In this document: piece by piece, positions 11,836-23,662 of the stretch
How the letters are laid out: the number at the start of each line of letters is the position of its first letter
Numbering within the stretch: the first letter of the stretch is position 1
Assembly: GCA_031267135.1 (NCBI GenBank)
Contig: JAIRZQ010000165.1
Location: 1-59,239, forward strand
Source of the DNA: Prevotellaceae bacterium
Lineage (GTDB): Bacteria; Bacteroidota; Bacteroidia; Bacteroidales; UBA932
Direction of reading: 5' to 3'
DNA length: 59,239 nt
Translations under genes and position numbers: made by a program
Notes under the pieces: model-generated
The model's database searches: none
Told to the model about the DNA's origin: nothing
What the model saw: only the letters and a program-made list of their open reading frames with translations

Positions 11836-14800
11836 CTATTCGAGTTTAATGCTTAAAGCCAAACCTCTCAATTCGTTTAACAATACATTCAACGATTCGG
11901 GTATTCCCGGTATTGGCATTGGATCGCCGCGGACAATTGCTTCATAAGCCTTTGCTCTGCCTACAACATCGTCTGATTTTATTGTTAATATTTCCTGCAA
12001 GATATTTGATGCGCCGAATGCTTCAAGCGCCCATACTTCCATTTCTCCAAAACGCTGTCCTCCGAATTGAGCTTTACCTCCAAGCGGCTGTTGTGTTATT
12101 AGCGAATACGGACCAATAGAACGTGCATGCATTTTATCATCAACCATGTGTCCAAGTTTTATATAATATATAACTCCCACTGTTGCAGGCTGGTCAAACA
12201 ATTCACCCGTACCTCCGTCCCTCAGATAGGTTTTTCCGTAACGCGGAAGTTCTGCCTTATCGGTATACTGGCAAATATTTTCGAGTGTCGCTCCGTCGAA
12301 GATAGGCGTTGCAAATTTAAGGTTCAATTCTTTGCCTGCCCAGCCGAGAACTGTTTCGTAAATTTGGCCAAGATTCATACGAGACGGCACGCCAAGAGGA
12401 TTCAACACCACATCTACAATGCTGCCATCTTCAAGAAAAGGCATATCGGCATCGCGAACAATACGGGCAACTATACCTTTGTTTCCGTGTCGACCTGCCA
12501 TTTTATCGCCTACGCGTATTTTACGTTTTTTGGCAATATAGACTTTTGCAAGCTGTACTATACCGGCAGGAAGTTCATCGCCTATTGTAATATTATATTT
12601 TTTGCGCTTGCTTTCTGCATCCAATTCCTTATATTTTATAAGATAATTGTTGATAACTTTCTTAATGACAGTATTCTTTTCTTTGTCTGTTGTCCATTTG
12701 TTGGGATTAATCAAAACAAAATCGATGTCTTCGAGAATTTTTTGTGTAAATTTAGTTCCTTTCGCAACAATTTCGACTCCATAATAGTCGACAATAGCCA
12801 GAGATGTTTTGCCATCAAGATGTTCTGTAAGTTTTCTTACAAGAATGTCTTTTAATTTGGATGCGCGTTTTTCAAAGTCGGTATCAACCTGTGTCAGTAA
12901 ATTTTTCTCGTTTTGTTTTGATGATTTTTTATTGTCTTTTATGACACGAGAGAATAGCATTTTATTGACAACCGTTCCCCGTAAAGATGGTGTAGCTTTG
13001 AGAGATGCATCTTTTACATCTCCTGCCGTATCGCCGAATATTGCGCGTAAAAGTTTTTCTTCCGGCGAAGGGTCAGATTCTCCTTTGGGAGTAATTTTAC
13101 CTATAAGGATATCGCCCGGTTCAACATTTGCGCCTATGCGTACGATTCCGTTTTCATCCAAATCTTTTGTTGCATCATCGCTTACGTTTGGAATATCGGA
13201 CGTGAGTTCTTCGAGTCCGCGTTTCGTTTCGCGTACTTCCATGATATATTCATCAATGTGTATTGATGTGTACATGTCGTCTCTAACCATTCGCTCCGAC
13301 AATACTACGGCATCTTCAAAGTTGTAACCCTGCCAAGGCATAAACGCAACTTTCAGGTTGCATCCCAAAGCAAGTTCTCCGCCTTGCGTGCAGTACCCTT
13401 CGGTAAGAATATCATCTTTTTTTACTCTTTCGCCTTTACTGACAATAGGACGAAGATTTATGCACATGCTTTGATTTGTTTTACGGTAAATGGGAATTTT
13501 ATAAACCGTAATTTCAGGATTAAAACTTATGAAACGTTCTGTTTCCGTTGCGTCGTATTTTATATGTATTTCGTTTGCATCAACATATACTATTTCGCCA
13601 TTGTCTTCGGCAGTGATTTGCGTACGTCCATCTACTACAATCTGACTTTCAAGTCCCGTACCGACTATCGGAGCTTCGGGCGAGATTAGCGGAACCGCCT
13701 GACGCATCATGTTTGAACCCATAAGCGCTCGATTTGCATCGTCGTGTTCAAGAAATGGAATTAGCGATGCTGCTATTGATGCTATTTGATTTGGAGCAAC
13801 ATCCATCAAATCTATCTTATCGTGTGCTGCCAGCGGAAAATCAGCTTCAACTCGGGATTTTACTCGATTTTCGGCAAACAGTCCATCTCCATTTAATTTT
13901 GCGTTGGCTTGTGCTATTGTCTTTGATTCTTCATCTTCGGCGCTATAGTATTTTACGTGTAAATTGTCCAAATCTACTTTGCCTTTAATTACATCCCGAT
14001 ATGGCGTTTCTATAAATCCGAGATTATTTATTTTTGCATAAACGCAAAGGGATGATATTAAGCCTATATTTGGACCTTCCGGAGTTTCGATTGGGCATAA
14101 ACGACCGTAATGCGTATAGTGTACGTCTCTTACCTCAAATCCTGCGCGTTCGCGTGAAAGACCGCCAGGACCAAGAGCCGACAAACGGCGTTTGTGTGTC
14201 ATTTCTGCCAGCGGATTTGTTTGATCCATGAATTGTGAAAGCTGGTTTGTTCCGAAAAAAGAATTGATAACCGACGAAAGGGTTTTTGCGTTTATCAGGT
14301 CTATAGGAGTAAACACTTCATTGTCGCGAACATTCATTCTCTCTCTGATTGTTCGAGCCATACGTGCCAAGCCAATACTAAACTGGTTTGCGAGCTGTTC
14401 GCCTACGGTACGTACTCTTCTATTGCTCAAATGGTCGATATCGTCAACATCCGCTTTGGAATTTATAAGCTGTATAAGATATTTTATGATGGCAATAATG
14501 TCTTCACGGGTAAGGACTCTGATTTCGGGCGATATGTTAAGATTTAGTTTTCTGTTTATGCGGAAACGTCCTACATCTCCCAAATCGTAACGCTTGTCGG
14601 AGAAAAATAATTTATCGATTACATCTCGAGCTGTTGCTTCATCGGGAGGCTCGGAACTTCGCAGCTGACGGTAAACATAAGTTACCGCATCTTTTTCCGA
14701 GTTGCACGGATCTTTCTGCAATGTATTGTGGATTATTGCATAATCGCTCGAATTTACGGTTTCTTTATGTATAAGTATTGATTTTGTTCCCGATTCGATA

Positions 14801-15651
14801 ATAGCATCCACATGTTTAGCGTCTATTATTGTTTCGCGGTCAATAACTACTTCGTTACGTTCGATAGACACAACTTCGCCCGTATCTTCGTCAACAAAAT
14901 CTTCTACCCACGACTTAAGCACTCGAGCAACAAGCCTTCGACCCACTACCTGTTCGATATTTGCATGCGTTACTTCTATTTCGTCGGCAAGGTCGAATAT
15001 TTCAAGAATATCCTTATCCGACTCGAAGCCTATGGCGCGTAGCAGAGTTGTTACCGGAAGTTTCTTTTTGCGGTCGATATACGCATACATCACATTGTTA
15101 ATATCGGTAGCAAATTCTATCCACGAACCTTTGAACGGGATAATTCTTGCCGAATATAATTTTGTTCCGTTTGCATGGATGCTTTGTCCGAAGAACATTC
15201 CCGGCGAACGGTGCAACTGAGATACAACAACACGTTCGGCGCCGTTTATCACAAATGTTCCCTGCGATGTCATGTAAGGAATCATTCCAAGGTATACGTC
15301 CTGTACTACCGTATCAAAATCTTCGTGTTCGGTATCGGTGCAGTAAAGTTTGAGCTTGGCTTTCAGCGGAACGCTGTAAGTTAATCCTCTGTCAAGACAT
15401 TCTTCGATTGTATAACGGGGAGGATCGATAAAGTAATCGATAAACTCCAGCACAAAGTTGTTACGAGTATCTGTTATTGGAAAATTATCTTGAAAGACTT
15501 TAAAAAGTCCTTCATTTCTCCTGTTTTCGGCTGTTGTTTCAAGTTGAAAAAAATCCTTGAAAGACTTTAATTGAATTTCCAGAAAATCAGGGTATGGAAA
15601 TTGAACTTTCGACGATGCGAAATTGATTCTGTTTGTTTTATTATGAGGCAT
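11836..15651 (-). CDS. rpoB: DNA-directed RNA polymerase subunit beta
   Basis: 1271 aa with RpoB motifs ([23 protein letters not shown]). Located upstream of rpoC. Confidence 0.98.
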   Translation of the reverse strand: MPHNKTNRINFASSKVQFPYPDFLEIQLKSFKDFFQLETTAENRRNEGLFKVFQDNFPITDTRNNFVLEFIDYFIDPPRYTIEECLDRGLTYSVPLKAKLKLYCTDTEHEDFDTVVQDVYLGMIPYMTSQGTFVINGAERVVVSQLHRSPGMFFGQSIHANGTKLYSARIIPFKGSWIEFATDINNVMYAYIDRKKKLPVTTLLRAIGFESDKDILEIFDLADEIEVTHANIEQVVGRRLVARVLKSWVEDFVDEDTGEVVSIERNEVVIDRETIIDAKHVDAIIESGTKSILIHKETVNSSDYAIIHNTLQKDPCNSEKDAVTYVYRQLRSSEPPDEATARDVIDKLFFSDKRYDLGDVGRFRINRKLNLNISPEIRVLTREDIIAIIKYLIQLINSKADVDDIDHLSNRRVRTVGEQLANQFSIGLARMARTIRERMNVRDNEVFTPIDLINAKTLSSVINSFFGTNQLSQFMDQTNPLAEMTHKRRLSALGPGGLSRERAGFEVRDVHYTHYGRLCPIETPEGPNIGLISSLCVYAKINNLGFIETPYRDVIKGKVDLDNLHVKYYSAEDEESKTIAQANAKLNGDGLFAENRVKSRVEADFPLAAHDKIDLMDVAPNQIASIAASLIPFLEHDDANRALMGSNMMRQAVPLISPEAPIVGTGLESQIVVDGRTQITAEDNGEIVYVDANEIHIKYDATETERFISFNPEITVYKIPIYRKTNQSMCINLRPIVSKGERVKKDDILTEGYCTQGGELALGCNLKVAFMPWQGYNFEDAVVLSERMVRDDMYTSIHIDEYIMEVRETKRGLEELTSDIPNVSDDATKDLDENGIVRIGANVEPGDILIGKITPKGESDPSPEEKLLRAIFGDTAGDVKDASLKATPSLRGTVVNKMLFSRVIKDNKKSSKQNEKNLLTQVDTDFEKRASKLKDILVRKLTEHLDGKTSLAIVDYYGVEIVAKGTKFTQKILEDIDFVLINPNKWTTDKEKNTVIKKVINNYLIKYKELDAESKRKKYNITIGDELPAGIVQLAKVYIAKKRKIRVGDKMAGRHGNKGIVARIVRDADMPFLEDGSIVDVVLNPLGVPSRMNLGQIYETVLGWAGKELNLKFATPIFDGATLENICQYTDKAELPRYGKTYLRDGGTGELFDQPATVGVIYYIKLGHMVDDKMHARSIGPYSLITQQPLGGKAQFGGQRFGEMEVWALEAFGASNILQEILTIKSDDVVGRAKAYEAIVRGDPMPIPGIPESLNVLLNELRGLALSIKLE

Positions 15652-15683
15652 TTTTTTGAAATTTTTTCAAAACTTTTTAATGA

Positions 15684-15717
15684 CAAAAAGGCTTAGAACC
15701 CTTTGCGAGGTTCTAAA
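15684..15717 (-). terminator. Putative rplL-rpoB intergenic attenuator hairpin
   Basis: Perfect 8-bp stem ttagaacc/ggttctaa (15693-15700 and 15709-15716). On the minus strand it is followed by CTTTTTG. Its position matches the partial terminator known between rplL and rpoB in other bacteria. Confidence 0.4.
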
Positions 15718-15750
15718 CCTAAAATAAAATCCGACAAGCGGAGGATAAGT

Positions 15751-16128
15751 TTATTTAATTTCAACTTCTCCGCCTGCTTCTTCCAGTTGACTTTTGATTT
15801 GTTCTGCATCGCCTTTGGCAATTTTTTCTTTAATTGCTTTTGGTGCGGCATCAACCAGTTCTTTGGCTTCTTTCAAACCAAGACCCGTAAGATCTTTTAC
15901 AAGTTTTACGATTTGAAGTTTTGCCTGTCCGGCTGATTTCAAAATTACGTCAAATTCTGTTTGTTCTGCAACAGGAGCAGCGTCACCTGCGGCAGCAGGT
16001 GCTGCAACTGCAATAGCAGCAGCAGCCGGTTCTATACCGTATTCTTCTTTCAAAATGTTTGCAAGTTCTTGAACTTCTTTAACAGATAGATTTACTAACT
16101 CTTCTGCAAATTTTTTAATATCTGCCAT
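15751..16128 (-). CDS. rplL: 50S ribosomal protein L7/L12
   Basis: 125 aa with an Ala-rich hinge ([18 protein letters not shown]) and the C-terminal LKEAKELVD... motif. Confidence 0.96.
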   Translation of the reverse strand: MADIKKFAEELVNLSVKEVQELANILKEEYGIEPAAAAIAVAAPAAAGDAAPVAEQTEFDVILKSAGQAKLQIVKLVKDLTGLGLKEAKELVDAAPKAIKEKIAKGDAEQIKSQLEEAGGEVEIK

Positions 16129-16169
16129 TTTAATTTTTTTTATAATTATTAATACTTTCTTTTTTGTTT

Positions 16170-16691
16170 TTATTCTGATTTTTCAGACAATGTTTTCACT
16201 ATGCCTGCCAATTTGCCGCCGGCTGACTGTAATGCCGAAATAACATTTCTCGCCGGAGATTGCAACATTCCAACAATCTCGCCAATAAGTTCTTCACGAG
16301 ATTTGATATGTATCAATGCATCAAGGTTATTTTCACCTATAAACAGACATTCTTGCACGTAAGCTCCTTTCAATACCGGCTTGCCATGCTTTTTGCCGAA
16401 TTTTTCAATCAATTTGGCAGGTGCGTTTGGCATTTCGGTTATCATTATTGATGTTGGACCTTGCAGTATCGAATACAGATCTGTTTCAGGAAAATCCTTT
16501 TGTTCCAAAGCTTTTTTAAGCAGTGTATTTTTTGTTACTATAAGTTTGATGTTTTTCTCAAAACACAATCTACGCAGTTTGGATGTATTTTCTGCATTCA
16601 AACCCGAAATATCCGTAACATAGAAATTAGGAGCTTTATTCAGCTCGCTAACCAATCCATCAACTAACGCGTTTTTTTCTTCTTTTCTCAT
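16170..16691 (-). CDS. rplJ: 50S ribosomal protein L10
   Basis: 173 aa. Assigned from its position between rplA and rplL and from an L10-like sequence. Confidence 0.93.
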   Translation of the reverse strand: MRKEEKNALVDGLVSELNKAPNFYVTDISGLNAENTSKLRRLCFEKNIKLIVTKNTLLKKALEQKDFPETDLYSILQGPTSIMITEMPNAPAKLIEKFGKKHGKPVLKGAYVQECLFIGENNLDALIHIKSREELIGEIVGMLQSPARNVISALQSAGGKLAGIVKTLSEKSE

Positions 16692-16704
16692 AATCTGACA
16701 AGGT

Positions 16705-17412
16705 TTAATTTGCGTTACTTATTGCTTTAGGGTCAATAGCCAAACCACGGCTCATCGTTGATGAAAGATACACGCTTTTTACATACGTACCTTTTGTGGC
16801 TTGTGGTTTCAACTTTACTATGGTATCTAAAAGTTCTTTTGCATTTTCTGCTATAGCCTCAGGGCTGAAAGATACTTTTGCTACCGATGCATGGATGATA
16901 CCGAATTTATCAACCTTAAAATCAATTTTACCTGCTTTTACTTCGTTAATTGCCTTGCCTACTTCCATTGTTACCGTACCGGTTTTAGGATTAGGCATTA
17001 ATCCCCGTGGACCGAGAATGCGTCCGAGAGCTCCTACTTTTGCCATTACGCTTGGCGTACAAATAATAACATCGATATCTGTCCAACCGCCTTTAATCTT
17101 GTCGATATATTCGTCAAGACCTACATATTCGGCTCCTGCTTCTTTTGCTTCTGTTTCCTTATCGGGGGTAACAAGGGCAAGTACTCTCACCGTTTTTCCC
17201 GTACCATGCGGGAGTGTTACAACGCCTCTGACCATCTGATTTGCTTTACGAGGGTCAACGCCAAGACGAACATCCAAATCTATTGATGCATCAAATTTTG
17301 TATAAGATATTTCTTTCAACAATTTTGCGGCTTCGATTAATTTGTAGATTTTACCTGCTTCTATCTTAGCATCGGCTGTTTTTTGATTTTTTGTAAGCTT
17401 ACTCATTTCCAC
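16705..17412 (-). CDS. rplA: 50S ribosomal protein L1
   Basis: 235 aa with L1 motifs ([20 protein letters not shown]). The true start may be the second Met (MSKL...). Confidence 0.95.
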   Translation of the reverse strand: MEMSKLTKNQKTADAKIEAGKIYKLIEAAKLLKEISYTKFDASIDLDVRLGVDPRKANQMVRGVVTLPHGTGKTVRVLALVTPDKETEAKEAGAEYVGLDEYIDKIKGGWTDIDVIICTPSVMAKVGALGRILGPRGLMPNPKTGTVTMEVGKAINEVKAGKIDFKVDKFGIIHASVAKVSFSPEAIAENAKELLDTIVKLKPQATKGTYVKSVYLSSTMSRGLAIDPKAISNAN

Positions 17413-17421
17413 ACGAAATTT

Positions 17422-17868
17422 TTAGTTTAACTCGGCAGGGATATCGCCTGTTACGGTAATACCCATACTTCTTGCTGTTCCTGCTACCATTCTCATTGCC
17501 GATGCAATGGTGAATGCATTTAAATCAGGCATCTTACTCTCGGCAATCGCCTTCACTTGATCCCATGTGATTTTTGCAACTTTATTACGGTTGGGTTCGG
17601 CTGAACCCGACTGTATTTTTGCAGCTTCTTTTAATTGTACTGCAATCGGTGGCTGTTTTACAATAAAATCAAATGATTTATCGGTGTAAACTGTGATAAT
17701 CACAGGCAAAACCTTACCTGCCTTATCTTGAGTGCGCGCATTAAACTGTTTGCAAAACTCCATAATGTTTACGCCTTTGGAACCTAACGCAGGACCCACG
17801 GGGGGTGACGGATTTGCCGCGCCTCCTTTTATCTGTAATTTTATTAGTCCAGCAATTTCTTTTGCCAT
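17422..17868 (-). CDS. rplK: 50S ribosomal protein L11
   Basis: 148 aa with the L11 motif PPVGPALG...[12 protein letters not shown]. Confidence 0.96.
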   Translation of the reverse strand: MAKEIAGLIKLQIKGGAANPSPPVGPALGSKGVNIMEFCKQFNARTQDKAGKVLPVIITVYTDKSFDFIVKQPPIAVQLKEAAKIQSGSAEPNRNKVAKITWDQVKAIAESKMPDLNAFTIASAMRMVAGTARSMGITVTGDIPAELN

Positions 17869-17885
17869 TTCAAAATACTTTTAAT

Positions 17886-18425
17886 TTATTCTTTTTGCAC
17901 TTGTACGAAGTCTAACTGGAGTGGTGTTTGTCGTCCGAAGATTCTTACCATCACTACAAGTTTTTTCGTCTCTTCATTTACTTCTTCTATAGTACCCGAA
18001 AATCCGTTGAAAGCTCCATCTGTAACTTTAACAGGCTCGCCAACTACAAAAGGTATTATTATTTCTTCTCCATCCAAAGCCATTTCATCTACTCTGCCTA
18101 ATATTCTGTTAACTTCATTTTCACGCAACGGAACAGGATCGCCTCCTTTCTTTTCGGTAAGAAATCCCGAAACGTGCGGAATATTACGCAATATATGCTG
18201 TACTTCGCCGGTAAGAACAACCTCAACTAAAACATATCCGGGATAGAATACCCGTTCTTTCAGAATTTTTTTACCGTTTTTTATTTGATAAATTTTTTCT
18301 GTCGGAATGAGTACTTGCGAAACATATCCTTTCAAACGTTTTTCGTTTTCTATATATTCTTTCGCTTTCTTTTCTTTCCCGCCTGCAGCTCTAAGAACAT
18401 ACCATTTTTTTACAGGTTCGTTCAT
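17886..18425 (-). CDS. nusG: Transcription termination/antitermination factor NusG
   Basis: 179 aa. It has WYVLR at the N-terminus (NGN domain) and a C-terminal KOW region (GEPVKVTDGAFNGFSGTIEEV). Confidence 0.93.
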   Translation of the reverse strand: MNEPVKKWYVLRAAGGKEKKAKEYIENEKRLKGYVSQVLIPTEKIYQIKNGKKILKERVFYPGYVLVEVVLTGEVQHILRNIPHVSGFLTEKKGGDPVPLRENEVNRILGRVDEMALDGEEIIIPFVVGEPVKVTDGAFNGFSGTIEEVNEETKKLVVMVRIFGRQTPLQLDFVQVQKE

Positions 18426-18448
18426 ATCTATTTTCTCGTTTTATAAAA

Positions 18449-18649
18449 TTACAAATTTTTAATGCTGTAAATAAACTTCATAAAGTTTTCGAGAAAAATA
18501 TCCATCCCAAAAACAACAATAGCAAGGATTAATGAAGCAAGCATTACCAGTAATGCGCTACTTTGCAATTCTTTCCATGTTGGCCATGAGACTTTGTTCA
18601 CAAGCTCGGTATAGGCATTTTGCAGATATGTCTTAATTTTCTTTACCAT
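18449..18649 (-). CDS. secE: Preprotein translocase subunit SecE
   Basis: 66 aa with a single C-terminal transmembrane helix. It sits in the canonical position between tRNA-Trp and nusG. Confidence 0.85.
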   Translation of the reverse strand: MVKKIKTYLQNAYTELVNKVSWPTWKELQSSALLVMLASLILAIVVFGMDIFLENFMKFIYSIKNL

Positions 18650-18749
18650 TTTTAATAATTTTTGTTTGCAAACTTTTGGTGTGGAAGCCGCCGTAGTTTA
18701 CCTGTTATTAAATACAAAGCTGTTAAGTCGTAACTCTTAACAATTTTTG

Positions 18750-18820
18750 CAGGGGTGGAGAGATTCGAACTCCCATCAACGGTTTTGGAGACCGCTATTC
18801 TGCCCTTGAACTACACCCCT
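18750..18820 (-). tRNA. tRNA-Trp (CCA)
   Basis: The reverse complement reads AGGGGTGTAGTTCAAGGGCAGAATAGCGGTCTCCAAAACCGTTGATGGGAGTTCGAATCTCTCCACCCCTG. It has an acceptor stem AGGGGTG/CACCCCT, an anticodon loop CT-CCA-AA and a GTTCGAATC T-loop. Confidence 0.9.
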
Positions 18821-18862
18821 AAAACTTCGGCTATAAAACTCACAGCCGAATGTTTTGATTGA

Positions 18863-20050
18863 TTATTCCAGTATTTTTGTGATTTGACCTGCGCCAACAG
18901 TGCGTCCGCCTTCGCGAATAGCAAAGCGTAACCCCTGGTTTATAGCAACAGGATAAATCAGTTTGACATTAATGGTTACGTTATCTCCCGGCATTACCAT
19001 TTCTACTCCTGTAGGAAGTTGCACTTCGCCTGTTACGTCGAGCGTGCGCAAATAGAATTGTGGACGATACTTATTGTGGAACGGTGTGTGGCGTCCGCCT
19101 TCTTCTTTTTTCAACACGTAAATTTCCGCTTCAAACAGCGTATGAGGAGTAATTGAACCCGGTTTTGCAATAACCTGTCCGCGTTTTACTTCTTTCTTGT
19201 CGATACCGCGAAGCAACAAGCCTACGTTATCGCCTGCTTCGCCCGAATCAAGCAGCTTACGGAACATTTCAACGCCCGTACATGTTGTTTTTCTCGGTTT
19301 TTCGCCAAGACCGATGATTTCCATTTCATCGCCTATTTTAATAATACCTGTTTCGATACGACCTGTTGCAACTGTTCCGCGTCCTGTAATTGAGAATACG
19401 TCTTCAACAGGCATAAGGAATGGCTTTTCATTGTCGCGAACAGGAATAGGAATGTATGTATCAACTGCATCCATAAGTTCAATAACTTTTTCTTCCCATT
19501 GCGGTTCACCGTTTAATGCGCCGAGAGCCGAGCCGCGAATAACCGGAGCATTGTCGCCATCAAAGTTATTTCTGTTCAGCAAATCGCGAACTTCCATTTC
19601 TACAAGATCTAACATTTCAGGGTCATCTACCATGTCGCATTTGTTCAAAAATACAACTATTTTGGGAACGTTTACCTGACGTGCCAAAAGTACGTGTTCG
19701 TTTGTCTGAGGCATCGGACCATCTGTTGCTGCAACGACCAAAATAGCACCATCCATTTGAGCTGCGCCTGTAACCATGTTTTTTACATAGTCGGCGTGCC
19801 CCGGACAGTCTACGTGAGCATAGTGACGCGCTGCGGTTTGATATTCAACGTGAGCCGTATTGATTGTAATACCACGTTCTTTTTCTTCCGGGGCATTGTC
19901 AATTTGGTCGAATGTCATAATTGTCGAAAGACCTTTTTTTGCCAATACCATTGTAATAGCTGCGGTAAGTGTTGTTTTACCGTGGTCAACGTGACCGATC
20001 GTACCAACGTTAACGTGCGGTTTTGATCTGTCGAATTTTTCTTTTGCCAT
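18863..20050 (-). CDS. tuf: Elongation factor Tu
   Basis: 395 aa, beginning [33 protein letters not shown], with DCPGHADY and NKCD motifs. Confidence 0.98.
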   Translation of the reverse strand: MAKEKFDRSKPHVNVGTIGHVDHGKTTLTAAITMVLAKKGLSTIMTFDQIDNAPEEKERGITINTAHVEYQTAARHYAHVDCPGHADYVKNMVTGAAQMDGAILVVAATDGPMPQTNEHVLLARQVNVPKIVVFLNKCDMVDDPEMLDLVEMEVRDLLNRNNFDGDNAPVIRGSALGALNGEPQWEEKVIELMDAVDTYIPIPVRDNEKPFLMPVEDVFSITGRGTVATGRIETGIIKIGDEMEIIGLGEKPRKTTCTGVEMFRKLLDSGEAGDNVGLLLRGIDKKEVKRGQVIAKPGSITPHTLFEAEIYVLKKEEGGRHTPFHNKYRPQFYLRTLDVTGEVQLPTGVEMVMPGDNVTINVKLIYPVAINQGLRFAIREGGRTVGAGQITKILE

Positions 20051-20163
20051 AATTTTTTATTTTTTTTTAACGTTAAAAATATATTAATACTATTTTATTT
20101 TTACAGTTTGTGTTTAGTATTTTCATTTCCATATTACCAAACCCTAACTATTTTTTGAGCCAG

Positions 20164-20235
20164 AGCCGGCGGCGAGAATTGAACTCGCGACCCCTTCCTT
20201 ACCAAGGAAGTGCTCTACCCCTGAGCTACGCTGGC
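20164..20235 (-). tRNA. tRNA-Thr (GGT)
   Basis: The reverse complement reads GCCAGCGTAGCTCAGGGGTAGAGCACTTCCTTGGTAAGGAAGGGGTCGCGAGTTCAATTCTCGCCGCCGGCT. The anticodon loop is TT-GGT-AA. There is one A-C mismatch in the acceptor stem. Confidence 0.85.
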
Positions 20236-20341
20236 ATGTCACGTTCTTAAATTATATTTATCTTAACAAAAACAGCGACTTTGAAAATACAACAATAAAC
20301 TCCGACAATCATAATTTCAGATTCGGAACTTATTGATTTTG

Positions 20342-20414
20342 AGCGGAAGACGAGGTTCGAACTCGCGACCCTTAGCTTGGAAGGCTAATGCTCTACCAAC
20401 TGAGCTACTTCCGC
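20342..20414 (-). tRNA. tRNA-Gly (TCC)
   Basis: The reverse complement reads GCGGAAGTAGCTCAGTTGGTAGAGCATTAGCCTTCCAAGCTAAGGGTCGCGAGTTCGAACCTCGTCTTCCGCT. The anticodon loop is CT-TCC-AA. Confidence 0.9.
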
Positions 20415-20422
20415 AAAATGCG

Positions 20423-20505
20423 TGGGAGAAGATGGATTCGAACCACCGTAGGCGTACGCCAGCAGATTTACAGTCTGCCCCATTTGGCCACTCTGGTATT
20501 CTCCC
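20423..20505 (-). tRNA. tRNA-Tyr (GTA), long variable arm
   Basis: The reverse complement reads GGGAGAATACCAGAGTGGCCAAATGGGGCAGACTGTAAATCTGCTGGCGTACGCCTACGGTGGTTCGAATCCATCTTCTCCCA. The anticodon loop is CT-GTA-AA. Confidence 0.9.
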
Positions 20506-20568
20506 TTCGAAATTGGCAAACGAATTAGTTGAATCTTTTGATTCTTAATTCTCCATTTCCAATTTTTG

Positions 20569-20642
20569 AGCCTCTTGTCGGATTCGAACCAACGACCCCG
20601 AGATTACAAATCACGTGCTCTGGCCAGCTGAGCTAAAGAGGC
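20569..20642 (-). tRNA. tRNA-Thr (TGT)
   Basis: The reverse complement reads GCCTCTTTAGCTCAGCTGGCCAGAGCACGTGATTTGTAATCTCGGGGTCGTTGGTTCGAATCCGACAAGAGGCT. The anticodon loop is TT-TGT-AA. Confidence 0.9.
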
Positions 20643-20685
20643 TTGTTTCTGCAAAACTATTAGAGACCCTAAAATTTTGGAAGTG

Positions 20686-20715
20686 CAAAGATACAACTTT
20701 TTTCAAAATCACAAA
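20686..20715 (-). promoter_or_regulatory. Bacteroidota-type promoter candidate for the tRNA-tuf cluster
   Basis: On the minus strand there is a TTTG (complement of 20712-20715), an 18-nt spacer and TATCTTTG (complement of 20686-20693). This matches the TTTG / TAnnTTTG consensus and lies about 45 nt upstream of tRNA-Thr(TGT). Confidence 0.45.
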
Positions 20716-21073
20716 TATATTTTTATTTTTTTCACAAAATATTTTTAAAAATCAGTGATTGCAAATATCAACCTGTCTGTATTACTGCATTTTTTGTACG
20801 TAAATCAGCACTGATACGTATAACCATTAAATATGCCCATTAAAAATAAATTTATTACCTAATGTCACTCATCACTTAAAATCTTTTAATCGAATTCAAT
20901 AAATTTCTTTGCATCTCAATATTTATAAAGGCTACTATACTACTTTACCGGCTATTTTTTGCATGTATGCCATCTGCCGTATTCTATGATTTTGCACAAG
21001 TAAATGCCGGAAACAAAGTAATTTTACGCTTGCGACACGAAATTTATCCAAAATCTTCCTGTAACTATTTATC

Positions 21074-23662
21074 TTATTCTTTTTTCCTGTTTAACAGATT
21101 ATTCAGCAGGTTTGCCGCCTTATCCTTTACTTTTTCTTCAACCTTGTGTTTTGCAGAATCTATAACTGTTTCGAGTTTATCTTTTGCCTGATTTTTAAGA
21201 GAATCAACGGTTGCATTTATGCTTTCCTTGATATTGCCTGCTGCACCGTTGAGCAAAGATGAAGATGCGCTTCCGTATTTTGGTAATCCAAGACTGAATG
21301 CTGGATTTTTCATTGTTCCCTTGATTTTTACGCCCACTTTTATTTTGTTGCCTGCTCCCGAACTCGAAATTCCCAGCTTCGATAATGTATTATTAATATC
21401 GGAACCTATTTTTCCTGCCGGAATATCAACATCGGCATCATAGTTCAAATCGCTTGCAAGTCCGTGTTCTCCGCCGATTTTCATATCGAAGTTTCCTATT
21501 TTCACATCAAAGGGATTTATTTTTATCATGCCGTTTTTGACTGCAAAATGAAGATTTACGTTTTTTATTGATTTTATGCTGTCGATTTTCAGGAGATTTG
21601 CCAGCTTGTTGATACTTTCATTTGCAGACATCAACAAGTCTTTGGTTTTGAATGAGCCTTCGGCGTTCAGTGTCTTATAGTCGATGTTCATGTTTTTATC
21701 CAGTTCGGAACTGAAATCAAACAGTAAACTTACTTTGCCGCTGGCGTCTTCCAGTATCGGAGCAAATTTTCCAAATATGTCGAAGGTTTTTGCCGCATCG
21801 CCGATATTGACATCCGCGAGCGATAAATTTATTTTCACAGCAGCTTTATCGGCAGCCTGAGCAAAATACGAACCCGAAACGTTTATTTGTCCTCCTGCGG
21901 TATTGCTTGCTATTTTGTCAATATTCAGTTTTCCTTCTTTCAGGCTCATGGTACCTGAAAAGTTTGTCATCGTAATATTGTCGTAAACAAGCTTATCGGC
22001 GTTTGCGTTTATTGCAAAGTCGATGTTTGCGGGCAAAATTATTACTCCGGTGTCCGAAACGCTTGCAGATTGAGCTGCTTCGGAAGTGGGGCTTATCGTC
22101 AGAAAATCGTTGCAATCGAACAATGCCGATTTCAGATTAAGATTTCCCTTTAGCGGGCTGCCTTTAAACACATAAGGCAACATGTTTTCGAAATGTCCCG
22201 AAAGATGCAAATCGCTTTTACCCATTTTTGCGTCAAATGAATTGAGCTGGCAATATGCAGGCTTGAACATTAACGATGCATTTTCGATATCTATGTCCGA
22301 AGCCATACCGTCGAGTTTCATTTTAAAGTTACTCAGCGACAACGCTCCGCTGAGTATTATTTTCTCGTATTGCCTGTTTTCTATCTGCGACAGTAATCCC
22401 GCAAAAGCAATGTTTGCATTAAGCGTGCCGTCGAGTGAAATGTTTGTAAGAGGTAAGCATCTGCGTAATGATGTAAAATCTATCTTGCCGTTTGTCGTAA
22501 AATTCATTTCGGGGTCGGTAAACGGATACAATATTTTGCCTGAAATCGAAAACGGATTATTGATTATATCCAGACTGAATCTTGATAGATTAATAATGCT
22601 GCTTGCGTCCTTGTTTTTATTCAAAATCATATCAAGGTCGATGTTAAGATTTTTTATTGCATCCGAAAATCCCGAATATTTTACATAGCCATCTTTCACT
22701 TTCAGGGCAAGCGTTATGACAGGCATTGAGTTTTCGCTGAGCAATCCTTTCATTGTCGCATTCATCGACAGGTCGCCCTGCGTATCAATATCGTTCACTT
22801 CGGCTATAATCGAAGAAGGTATCAGCCCCAGCAGCGACTTCAACGATGTAACTTTTAATCCGTAAGTCAAGTCGAAATCGATGCCGTTGTCATTTGCCTT
22901 TATGACGCCATCGGCTTTCAGAGCCATTTTATTTATCTGTATTTCATTTTCTTTTAATGTGAATACGTTGTTGGTCAGGTCGGCATCGAAGTTTCCGTTT
23001 ACTGCAAGCGCAATACTTGACACAAGTGGCGATTTGTTGCTGTACACGCTCACATCATCTGACCGGATCGACAATGAAATAACATCATGAGCCGACGAAA
23101 GTTCGCCTTTTAAATTAAGATGCATGCCTCTTATATTGGCAAGCATCGCATCCGCTGCGTTATCATAAACAATATCGGCGTTTTTTATTTCAAGTTTTTC
23201 GAGATTCAATTTAAATTCCGATGATTTTTCTTCGGACACTTCGTCAACAGGCGTTTCGTCGGGTTTCATTATATCCCAGTTAGCGCTGCCATCGGCAAGC
23301 AAACGCGCTTTAATATAAGGATGATCAACCGACACCGACTTTATCACAAAATCACCCTTTATAAGCGCCCAAACATCAACAACTATCGAAATTGATTTAA
23401 TGTCGGCAAGCGTGTCGCCTTCGAAATTGCCGATACCCGTAATATTTATGTTTTCCAGCGATACGGTTACGTTTGGAAAGGTTTTTAAAACAGTTATGTT
23501 CAGATTGTTAAAATTGACATGCGCATTTACACTTTCGTTGATTGTATTCTTTGCAATCGTTTCTATTTTACCTCTAAACAGTGTTGGAACGCTGATAATA
23601 ATCAATATCAACAGTACGATTATAATTGCCAGCGATTTTAATATGATTTTTAATGCTTTCAT
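21074..23662 (-). CDS. AsmA-family outer-membrane biogenesis protein (large, N-terminally anchored)
   Basis: 862 aa with a single N-terminal transmembrane helix (LKSLAIIIVLLILIIISV). The rest is a long beta-rich, low-complexity body with a Lys-rich tail, as in AsmA-like proteins. The call rests on architecture only. Confidence 0.55.
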   Translation of the reverse strand: MKALKIILKSLAIIIVLLILIIISVPTLFRGKIETIAKNTINESVNAHVNFNNLNITVLKTFPNVTVSLENINITGIGNFEGDTLADIKSISIVVDVWALIKGDFVIKSVSVDHPYIKARLLADGSANWDIMKPDETPVDEVSEEKSSEFKLNLEKLEIKNADIVYDNAADAMLANIRGMHLNLKGELSSAHDVISLSIRSDDVSVYSNKSPLVSSIALAVNGNFDADLTNNVFTLKENEIQINKMALKADGVIKANDNGIDFDLTYGLKVTSLKSLLGLIPSSIIAEVNDIDTQGDLSMNATMKGLLSENSMPVITLALKVKDGYVKYSGFSDAIKNLNIDLDMILNKNKDASSIINLSRFSLDIINNPFSISGKILYPFTDPEMNFTTNGKIDFTSLRRCLPLTNISLDGTLNANIAFAGLLSQIENRQYEKIILSGALSLSNFKMKLDGMASDIDIENASLMFKPAYCQLNSFDAKMGKSDLHLSGHFENMLPYVFKGSPLKGNLNLKSALFDCNDFLTISPTSEAAQSASVSDTGVIILPANIDFAINANADKLVYDNITMTNFSGTMSLKEGKLNIDKIASNTAGGQINVSGSYFAQAADKAAVKINLSLADVNIGDAAKTFDIFGKFAPILEDASGKVSLLFDFSSELDKNMNIDYKTLNAEGSFKTKDLLMSANESINKLANLLKIDSIKSIKNVNLHFAVKNGMIKINPFDVKIGNFDMKIGGEHGLASDLNYDADVDIPAGKIGSDINNTLSKLGISSSGAGNKIKVGVKIKGTMKNPAFSLGLPKYGSASSSLLNGAAGNIKESINATVDSLKNQAKDKLETVIDSAKHKVEEKVKDKAANLLNNLLNRKKE

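Noticed and set aside
7581-15384. Numerous 60-240-aa ORFs on the + strand inside rpoC and rpoB, for example 12127-12855 and 12809-13327.
   Set aside because: They are antisense shadows of two unmistakable, uninterrupted housekeeping genes. Their translations are low-complexity (Phe/Ile/Cys/Arg-rich) with no recognisable motifs.
20333-20548. 71-aa + strand ORF.
   Set aside because: It lies entirely across tRNA-Gly and tRNA-Tyr, which are on the opposite strand, so it is spurious.
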